A stretch of 64,000 nt of DNA from Octopus bimaculoides (lineage: Eukaryota), in NCBI RefSeq assembly GCF_001194135.2, contig NC_068982.1, positions 183,071,588-183,135,587 on the forward strand. Reading direction: 5' to 3'. The notes beneath the pieces were generated by a model. The model had not been told where the DNA came from. It was given only the letters and a program-made list of their open reading frames with translations, and ran no database searches. This document shows positions 11,271 to 21,411 of this stretch, in pieces. The translations under genes and the position numbers were made by a program. Numbering within the stretch: the first letter of the stretch is position 1; every line of letters begins with the position of its first letter.

Positions 11271-13500
11271 TTTCTCCTGAAAGGGTTTCTAAATTTCTGG
11301 AATGATCTTCGTCTTAAAAGGGTAAAGACACCCTTTGAACATGAATGACCATGGGATTGCACCTAGAAAGTTACCCTCCGAGGCATAAGTCCGAGCAAGG
11401 TTGTTGCCCATGCATATCAGCCTCCTTTCTCCACGCCCCCGATGTCATCCAAAGGAAAGGCAAAGGCCGATACAGCTTGGCACCAGTGACGTCATAACTC
11501 ATTTCTACAGCTGAGTGAACTGGAGCAACGTGAAATAAAGTGTTTTGTTCGAAAACATACGCACAATCCGGTCCGGGAATCGAACTCACTACCACTTGAT
11601 TGTGAGCTCGACGCTCTAAGCACTGAACCATATACTATCAAATTCTATGAAGATGGCCATAATTTAGTAGGAAAGTAATTGTCTCTACCTGATTTCCTGT
11701 TAATCTTTCTGTTGTGTCGACGCCTCCAGGCGAAGAAGTAGGATATCCCAAGACATATAAATAGAGGTAGTCTGACCGTGGTAGGAGTGTTGAGTAGCAG
11801 TCGAGTAGCAGTTGTGTAGCGGTTGAGTAGAGATCATCCGAAGGTGCTAGATAGCAGTAACTTGAGACATAATACTTTCTAACACTTTTCTCTTTATATT
11901 CAGTATCACTGAGTAGTTAACAGCCATGGTTTGCTCACGTTAGGAATTTAATGAAAATATTTGCTAGTTCAAATTTCAAAAGTGGCAAGGTCATCTTCAG
12001 TCTACTATCCGCCATTTTACTCTCGTTCCATAATAATCTTATTCTGTAACAAACCAATAATTTTCATTTTCATAGGGTTGTAGAAACAAAGAAGCTCTAA
12101 AATTTCTTATTTTCAACGATGTTAGCTTAATATATTGACTAAGTGCTTGTTAGCGAAGATGTTGAATGGAATGATCTTGAGACAGTTTGGTTACGAAGCG
12201 ACATTCTCAAGCAAACCCGCAAGCACACAGTTATGCCTATGCGAAACGATATCTATTACAAATAAACTACACCAAACCAGTGGTTTTCAACCTTTCGTCT
12301 CTCGACTGCATCTTTTATGGAATGGTGTTTCACAAACGCTCCTTCATAGGGTTTCGGGGTAGGATTTTAGATTAGGATTTTCGGGTTTACAGCTAGAGTC
12401 GGAAATTTAGAATGAGCATCAAACGATGAAAGCAAATAATAGAAAACGAATGAATTTGTCAATTTATTTTTTCTTTTAACATACAGATATAATATATAAT
12501 GTTTAAAACATAAAAATCCTGAAAAAAAAACATTTGCAAATGAATTAAAAAACAAAAAGGTACGAAAGAAAGGATGTTCATGGCACAACTCAGATATGTA
12601 TTGTGTATTATTGTAAATTTCATATATATATATATATATACTACAGTATTATAGTCATATAACATGAATGAAAAAAATATGCTTTTGCCACTGTGATTAA
12701 GATCAAGAAATGTCGCAGAGGTACAACAATTATAATTTTACTGTTTACACATTTCATGTTGCTTATACAATTTCATTAAGTTAATCAAATTTTGTAAATA
12801 ATTAGATTTATCAACTTAAAACAAGATTTTATAAAAGCTATTTCTCATCTATATATTTGCAATAAACATGTTGTCAGTAAAAATGATATCATTAAATTAG
12901 TATTCTAGTCATGATGTGTGAAGAAAACAATTTACAAAAGATTACAAAATTTTCCCAAGAGTTATATTTTCATTTTATGAGTTAATTAATTATTCAAACT
13001 ATTGCTTTTCTTATACAGTTTCCTTCATTTTGTTTTATGAAGCAATTGCTTGGAAAACTCTACGCTTACGCGCACTCGGGATAAGGTCCACGTGTTGAAA
13101 AGAGAAACCATCTGTTTAAGGGTGTCGCATGTCAGTTATTTAGAAGTTTGATTTTGTTCCCAAATACATATTACAGCCGCTTTGAAATGCATCGCCAATG
13201 ATGTTCTTGAGATTTTAGCTAGTTTCAGGTCGTTCAACATTGGACCCCGCAACTCTGACAGGTTGATCCCATCGGAGTTCAGCTAGTCCCAGCTTCCTTG
13301 CGGCAATAAGCCATGAGTCAATCCTCTTTATGCAAAGTCATCTAAGAAGCTTTCTCCGCAGCTTAAACCGTTTTACTGATTCTGTTTGTTATTCATTGCT
13401 AAAGGAAAAAGTATAAACCAGTTATCTGGCTTATCTGTGAAGTTTTTCTTGGGCAGTGTTTTTGATAAACTTTATAAATCCAATATACTAACAATATTTA

Positions 13501-13737
13501 GGTGACCGGTAATAAAGCCACAGGAAAAAAAGTCATAGTAATAAAGTTACAATTTTGACTAGGAAAAAAAGTCGCAATTTATGGTGGCCGGTAATAGAGT
13601 CACGGGGGAAAAGTCACAATTTATGGGATCTGGACAAAACTCCCCAAGGACAAAACCCCCACGGACAACCCCCCACTCCAACCCCGGACGAAACACTTGT
13701 GACTTTTTTCCTGTGACTTTTTTTTTTACCTGGATTC
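13501..13737. mobile_element. MITE with ggaaaaaaagtcac sub-repeats (MULE-like)
   Basis: Left gccacaggaaaaaaagtca is the reverse complement of right tgacttttttcctgtgac. Internal ggacaa-a/c-cccc units. Confidence 0.6.
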
Positions 13738-14676
13738 AATATTTATGCCGTCCACTCATTCAGTTGTATGATATTTGCAACTCTTAGTCTCCCTCACTCT
13801 TATCTCTTACCCCTTATCTTTCTTTCTGCTGCCTGTTCCTACTACTTTATCTTCTTCAGCAATCACAAATGATTGTTGTTTCACAGAGTAGAAGTTTAAT
13901 TTCTGATGACATAGTATTTTACTGGTACTGACAAAGAATANNNNNNNNNNNNNNNNNNNNNNNNNNNNNNNNNNNNNNNNNNNNNNNNNNNNNNNNNNNN
14001 NNNNNNNNNNNNNNNNNNNNNNNNNNNNNNNNNNNNNNNNNNNNNNNNNNNNNNNNNNNNNNNNNNNNNNNNNNNNNNNNNNNNNNNNNNNNNNNNNNNN
14101 NNNNNNNNNNNNNNNNNNNNNNNNNNNNNNNNNNNNNNNNNNNNNNNNNNNNNNNNNNNNNNNNNNNNNNNNNNNNNNNNNNNNNNNNNNNNNNNNNNNN
14201 NNNNNNNNNNNNNNNNNNNNNNNNNNNNNNNNNNNNNNNNNNNNNNNNNNNNNNNNNNNNNNNNNNNNNNNNNNNNNNNNNNNNNNNNNNNNNNNNNNNN
14301 NNNNNNNNNNNNNNNNNNNNNNNNNNNNNNNNNNNNNNNNNNNNNNNNNNNNNNNNNNNNNNNNNNNNNNNNNNNNNNNNNNNNNNNNNNNNNNNNNNNN
14401 NNNNNNNNNNNNNNNNNNNNNNNNNNNNNNNNNNNNNNNNNNNNNNNNNNNNNNNNNNNNNNNNNNNNNNNNNNNNNNNNNNNNNNNNNNNNNNNNNNNN
14501 NNNNNNNNNNNNNNNNNNNNNNNNNNNNNNNNNNNNAGAAGCAGTAGGGAAGGAGAGGAAACAGTTTTGTATTCCTTTAACATTTTTAAGGATTGTTTCA
14601 ATGAAAAGTAACTTTCCGAATACAAACACATTCTCTCTCTTTCTCTTTGTCTCTCTCTCACTCTTTCTTTCTTTCT

Positions 14677-14724
<48 letters not shown>

Positions 14725-14899
14725 CTCTGCGCAGACAAACCCATTTCCAAATGAATTAAAAAACAAAAAGGTACGATAGAAAGGATGTCCATGGCACAAC
14801 TCAGATATATATTGTATTATATATTATATATATTGTACATTATTATAAATTTCATATATACATTATATATAAATTTCATATATATTAAGTATAAATTGT

Positions 14900-15092
14900 T
14901 TTCAAATTTTGGGATAAGGCCAGCAACTTTAGGAGAGGGATTAAGCTGATTACGTCGACCCCAGTATTTAACTGGTACATATTTTATCGACAGCAAAAGA
15001 ATAAAAGGCAAAATCGATATCGGCAGAATCTCAACACAGAACGTAAAGACAGACAAAATGCCGCTAAGCATGTTATCCGGCGTGCTAGCGAT
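14900..15092 (-). mobile_element. SINE family A copy
   Basis: Reverse-complement match to 3796-4016. Confidence 0.8.
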
Positions 15093-15234
15093 TATATATA
15101 TATATATATAACAGAAACACATATGTACATACATACATACATAACTTAGATAACTTAGATATGTTTCGACCAAAGATTGGTCCAAGCCATGTCTAACTTA
15201 ATAGCACCACCTGATAGGATTAACTAAATCCTTT

Positions 15235-15420
15235 CTAAGTCAAGTTTTGTGGTATCACGGTCCATTCGAGTAGGGAGTTTTTGTTGGGTGAGTTGTATCC
15301 AGGCATAGATGGCTTATCTGGTATTCCTTCAAGAAATTTGTCCAGATCCCGTTTAAAGGTGATGGGATCCTTTAAAGGTGATGGGATCCTTTTCCTCTTT
15401 GATCCTTTTCCTCTTTGATC
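15235..15420 (-). mobile_element. LINE (CR1/L2-like) ORF2 3' remnant
   Basis: PITFKRDLDKFLEGIPDKPSMPGY...NSL, a typical LINE C-terminal motif. Two short internal tandem duplications. Confidence 0.55.
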
Positions 15421-15815
15421 TGCCGGAGCCTCGTGGAGCTTTAGGTGTTTTCGCTCAATAAACACTCACAACGCCCGGTCTGGGAATCGAAACCGCGATC
15501 CTATGACCGCGAGTCCGCTGCCATAACCACTGGGCCATTGCTCCTCCACTAATGCAAGTATCATAGAAAACTGAAAGGTATCCTCAAGCCAGAGCCAGGT
15601 CTCTGGTTTGAAAGTATCATCCTCCTTCCAAACGGCTCATCTCCGAGGCCCTATAACGAGTCATGAGCCCTGCCTTGCCTTCTGACTAAAAGATTTAGAA
15701 AAACATCATCATCATTACCATCATCGTCATCGTTTTCGTCGTCGTCGTCATCATTATCGACAGCAACAACGTGTATTCTGATGTCATCAAAAGAAATCTG
15801 TTCTCTGTTTTGCAG

Positions 15816-15910
15816 TCCTACAAATATTCTTACTCAAATGCCCAAGGTTCAGTGGCGGTTGCCTACCACAAAGTCTGTGTCCAGCTGTGGGATACAGCTG
15901 GTATGGAAAG
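15816..15910 (+). CDS. Rab27-like GTPase exon (beta2-beta3 insertion, G3 box)
   Basis: tttgcag| SYKYSYSNAQGSVAVAYHKVCVQLWDTAGME-R |gtaggt, phase 0 to 2. There are 24 residues before W, more than the ~16 after DF in ordinary Rabs, matching the Rab27-specific insertion. Confidence 0.9.
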
Positions 15911-15989
15911 GTAGGTAGGTAATGGCCGAAATACAGACTTTCTTCTCTGATCAGCAACATAACCAATGGCTCTCTCAGTTGAGTAACCT

Positions 15990-16335
15990 TCTCCACTTGG
16001 ATACTTGGTTATGGTGTTGTTGTTGTTGTTCTCGTTATTGTCTTTGGTGTTTTTATTGTCGTTGTTGTTATAAGAATCGTTGTTGTTATTTTCGTACTTT
16101 TGTTGTTACCGTTCTTACTGGTTTTGTTGTTTTTGTTGTCATTGCTTCTTTGTTGTTGTTGCCGTTGTTATTGTTGTTATTGCTGTTATGCTTGTTAATG
16201 TTCCTCCTGGTGTTGTTATCGTCGCCGTTATTGTTGATGTTAATGGTGTTTGTCAATATTATTGTTGTTGTTGTTGCTGCTGTTGTTGATGTTACAGTTG
16301 TCATTTTTACTGGTATAGCTGTTATTGTTGATGCT
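15990..16335. repeat. Degenerate (TTG)n low-complexity tract
   Basis: Directly visible, in the Rab intron. Confidence 0.85.
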
Positions 16336-17088
16336 AAGACCCATTTCAGCTTTGATCGAACAAACCTACGATCAACTGTATCTCAACCGTGGCCACCCGG
16401 TTCTTTTATTTTCAAACATAATATCTTTAAGAGTTCATTGTCAAATATGTCCTTCCTTTTTGAAATATGTGGCATATGATTTGATGTAGAACTAGGTGCA
16501 ATTTCTAGGAGGACTACCGGCCACATAGAGACTCTTTTTATGGCCGGGTGTTGTCCACGATCATTAATAGAGGCTACACATTGTTCGTATTTTACTAAAA
16601 AAAATATTAACAAATAATACTTACAGCCAGTTATAGATAGATATAACTATAATGATAATGAAATTTAATTATTTAATATTATAATCTGACAATATTAATG
16701 ATGTAAAGTGACAAGTATGCGCTTGAGGTAACGGCTACATTAACACATGCTCTGTAACTTTGCAGTGATCTCTGTAGAAAGCTACACATTAGCCTAGCGA
16801 ATTTAATCATTATTAGCGACGCAGAATTTTGCAGAAGGGCCCAAAAGCTATAATGAATACCTTCAAAATCCAGGATAACAAAATTCAGGAAAGTTCTAAC
16901 GAGAGAGAAATCAATGGTGGGGACATCAAAAGATGTGTGATGAGGAAGATCATCACATTCTCTTTCAATCGATATATGCACAAGTTGTGTTTATATTTAT
17001 ACACACTGCATGTCTTAGTCAATATATATATATATATAAAGAGAGAGAGCGGGGGAGAGATATAGATAGATCGATAGATCGATCGATC

Positions 17089-17146
<58 letters not shown>

Positions 17147-17600
17147 CGGACACATAATACATACATACATACATACATACATACGTACGTGTGTGTGTGT
17201 GTGTATACAGCATGTATAATACTGATTATATTACATCTATCAGTTAGTATATGCTCAGCTTTGAGTGCTTAACCGTCACTCGTTAGCGCATATGACTTGG
17301 TACATTGTACCATGCTTTCACTAATTGTTTCAGATGCGTATCGAGTAGTGAGCAGATATAGATATCCCGTCAGTCATCTCATCCTTTTCCCAGAACATCA
17401 AGGATGTGACAGCTGAGGGAAGAGAGGACAGCACCAACAGTTGACTGGTACTCATTTATAGCTGAATAAACTGGAGCAATATGAAAGGAAGTGCTTTGCT
17501 ATCCTAACCAACAATTGATTCTACGACCTTATAGCCGTGTGTCCACCACTTTAACCACTAAGCTACGTGCTTTCACATTTACACGCACACACACACACAC

Positions 17601-17662
<62 letters not shown>

Positions 17663-18856
17663 GTGTGTGTGTAATCATAATTTTCATCATCAACATAGCC
17701 GTCATCGTCGTCGTCATTCAACGTCCTTTTATCCACACTGGCATGGGTTGGACGATTTGACAAGAACAGAGGAGCCACAGAGCTCCGATAGATTTTATGA
17801 CTGTTTGGCATGGTTCTACTGCTAGATGCCCTTCCTAACGCCAACCACTTAACAGTGTTGCGGGTGCTTTTTAGTGGGTGTTTTTTACGTGGCACCATCG
17901 ACAGTTAGGTCGCCAAGTACCCGCAAGATAAGACAGTGCTCATATTTAATCAATATATTCACACCATATCTCTCAATCGACATGTATTGACTGTATTTAT
18001 GTACTGTAGGAATATCGATCTATTCTATATCAATCCAGTTCAGCTTTTACCGACTGTATGTACTAAGAAGTAGGTTGGTATGTAGGGATATATATAGATA
18101 TATACATACATATATATATATATATATANNNNNNNNNNNNNNNNNNNNNNNNNNNNNNNNNNNNNNNNNNNNNNNNNNNNNNNNNNNNNNNNNNNNNNNN
18201 NNNNNNNNNNNNNNNNNNNNNNNNNNNNNNNNNNNNNNNNNNNNNNNNNNNNNNNNNNNNNNNNNNNNNNNNNNNNNNNNNNNNNNNNNNNNNNNNNNNN
18301 NNNNNNNNNNNNNNNNNNNNNNNNNNNNNNNNNNNNNNNNNNNNNNNNNNNNNNNNNNNNNNNNNNNNNNNNNNNNNNNNNNNNNNNNNNNNNNNNNNNN
18401 NNNNNNNNNNNNNNNNNNNNNNNNNNNNNNNNNNNNNNNNNNNNNNNNNNNNNNNNNNNNNNNNNNNNNNNNNNNNNNNATATATATATATATATATATA
18501 CATATATATACGACGGGCTTCTTTCAGTTTCCGTCTACCAAATCCACTCACAAGGCTTTGGTCGGCCCGAGGCTATAGTAGAAGACACTTGCCCAAGATG
18601 CCACGCAGTGGGACTGAACCCGGGACCATGTGGTTGGTAAGCAAGCTACTTACCACACAGCCACTCCTATATATATATACAGCATGGATAATACTGATTA
18701 TATTACATCTATCAGTTAATATATGCTCAGCTTAGAGTGCTTAACCGTCACTCGTTAGCGCATATGACTTTGTACCTTGTAATTACATGAATATGTATGC
18801 ATATTAATTTATAAAGCTATTCCCCGCCTAATTGTATGACCTTCTCTTTCAATCAG

Positions 18857-19084
18857 GTTCCATTCCTTGACAACATCCTACTTCAGAGATGCAAAAGGAT
18901 TTTTCTTGATGATTGATCTGACCAATGAAAATACTTTCGTAAACGCTTTCGCTTGGTTACAAAAAATGGAAGAATACGGTCCCAGATCTGGCTACGATGT
19001 AATCATTGTTGGCAATAAAATAGATCTTGTAGACTGTCGCAAAATCAGTGCAGAGACTTTACATAAATTTGCTGAAAATCATAG
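18857..19084 (+). CDS. Rab27-like GTPase exon (switch II, G4)
   Basis: ctctttcaatcag| (R)FHSLTTSYFRDAKGFFLMIDLTNENTFVNAFAWLQKMEEYGPRSGYDVIIVGNKIDLVDCRKISAETLHKFAENH |gtttgt, phase 2 to 2. Aligns with Rab27 [23 protein letters not shown]...GNKSD. Confidence 0.93.
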
Positions 19085-20459
19085 GTTTGTTACAAACAAT
19101 CATCTCTTAACTGTCATAAATTTGCTTTCAACACATTCCACCGAAACAGCTATATAGTTCCTGGTATATTAATATACTAATGTAGTTAATGAGCGCGTTG
19201 GTAATATCCTGTACTTAATGAGTATTTTTTATTCATTTATAAACGAACGTGTGTAATTTTTTGTTATATATGGATGTGTGTATATGTGTGTGTCAGCATG
19301 TATATACCTTCATGTGCGTGCTTGCTTAGAACTTGCATATGTGTGCTTGCATGCTTGTGTGTGTGTGTCTGTGTAGGTACGTGTAAGCTATGAATAACAA
19401 CTTAGTCCCATATAATATAATGCATTACAATTTTGAAAGTGATGCGACGCATTGCACAATGAGAGCCCGAGTTATGTAATGCTTGCAGAGTGAGCGACTG
19501 GATAATGAAAACTGATTAGCACAAGATCGTTTCTGTCTCTGACCTACAGTCGTGCTGTATCCTCTCTTTTTGTCTTGACTAACACCACTACAGTGGTTTC
19601 TGTTCTTCGGAGTTGACTGATCTCATCCTTTGTCGCCCAATCACTCCCAGTTCATTCATCACTTGTCTCGTTCCTATTTGTATTGTATCTAAACTCCTAC
19701 ACAAACAATTATGTCAAGACCCTCTTTCGCAAAACGTCAGCCCTCTGGAAATCTCTCTTTGCCAGTGTTTCCCCTCCAGAAGAATATAACTGTATCTGGA
19801 GACCATAGGCAGCCACCTCTTTCAGATCAAACTATTTAACAAATTTCGAACTTGTGCTTTAATAGGACTTTAATTCGTGCCATTACATTCCTGCTATTCG
19901 CATGGTGTCTATTCTCACCTCATCATGTCCTTTCCTCACCAAATGGGGAAGATCTCTTCTCCAGTTTGAGACACTAGTGTCGCTGAAAATAGCTCTAAAA
20001 TGCAATGAATATCTGGTTATATTCAGTGACCTTAGAAACATTAGTTTGTAAATATCGTTTAATATTTCATGAATGCAGCTTTTGGACATATTGTTTGATA
20101 TTTCACGAATACAAGGCGGCGAGCAGGCAGAATTGTTAGGATGCGGAGCAAGATGCTTAGCAGCTTTTCGTTTATCTTTACGTCAAATGTATTTATTTAA
20201 TTCAAATTTTACTTAGTCACATGACTATCTTTACTTATCAAAAACACATTTTAGTGACTTGTATAACTTTTCTTCCAGCGCGTATGTAATTACTCCCCTG
20301 ATATTATTTTCAAAGGGATGCACCTCTACATAATTGATATACTTTTACGTCAAAGGTGTATATCTTTACTTCCTATTAACAATTAACAAATATATTTATA
20401 TTTATTTATGTATTTACCCCGCCCAGACATAGTTATCTTCTCAGATTTCCCCAAATAGG

Positions 20460-20950
20460 TGATAACGTGATCACGTGAGATCTGATTGGGCCTGGGAAGA
20501 ATACATGAAGGATGCTCACGAGACTATCACTGTCAAATACCTGNNNNNNNNNNNNNNNNNNNNNNNNNNNNNNNNNNNNNNNNNNNNNNNNNNNNNNNNN
20601 NNNNNNNNNNNNNNNNNNNNNNNNNNNNNNNNNNNNNNNNNNNNNNNNNNNNNNNNNNNNNNNNNNNNNNNNNAGGATATCCGGGTTTTGTAGGACGTTC
20701 AATCTGCAAAGCTCTAACTGTACTTGGAGTTACTGGTGTAGCAAAGGGGGAAAAAGTGGCGAGGCATGCATTATGGAAGCCGTAGAGAAGGCCATTAGAT
20801 GGCTTTGGAGAAAGAGGGCCGACCAATGGATTATCGCTGCTGGGATCAAATCTTCGCTCAGCTAACTGAGAGGGTCTCATATTGAATAACTCGAAAGCCC
20901 CTGGGACCCTACGAACAGCACTGAGGTTGCATCCGAGAACATTCGTGAGA
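20460..20950 (+). mobile_element. HERO-like REL-endonuclease non-LTR retrotransposon 3' remnant
   Basis: WEEYMKDAHE...KY [gap] GFVGRSICKALTVLGVTG...EAVEKAIRWLWRKRADQW. Fits WE..MEEAHERK..KY...GCRGF.G.SL...EAAEKASRWLW.KR. Confidence 0.75.
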
Positions 20951-21224
20951 TATATCTTGGAACAAACGAACTATCATTTCTCGTTAGACACAGCATTCGC
21001 TTAATTCCTTCCAACTTTTAAAGCTTCCTTTATTTTTGACTTAAGCCCAAGTTTCTGGTGGCTTATTGTCGTCTCATCTTCTCAATGTGTATCTACCACT
21101 TTCTAGGAGGTCTTTACCGAATTGTTGTTGTTAATGTACTTGTGTCCGTGTTGTATTCCAGTTTTCCACTCAATGTGTATCCAGCCCTTTTTTAAGAACT
21201 TTCCATGAACTTTTCTGTCCACAG

Positions 21225-21411
21225 ACTACCATATGTTGAAACCAGTGCCAAAACTGGGATCAACATCGAAGAATCTATCGATATGATGTTACACTTAGCA
21301 ATATTCCGTCATAGATTATCATTCCAAAAGAAAGTAATCAATGAAGAGCCGGTTCCTACAAAACTGTGTAATAGCACTACTACTCGACGAATTAAATGCA
21401 GCTGTATTTAG
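21225..21411 (+). CDS. Rab27-like GTPase terminal exon (G5, prenylation motif)
   Basis: ttttctgtccacag| (R)LPYVETSAKTGINIEESIDMMLHLAIFRHRLSFQKKVINEEPVPTKLCNSTTTRRIKCSCI*. The last three exons total 510 nt and stay in frame. Confidence 0.93.

Noticed and set aside
14537-14600. EAVGK and VLY...FNEK resembling the missing P-loop exon
   Set aside because: The motifs are in different frames, there is no GK[ST], one frame stops, and there is no suitable donor.
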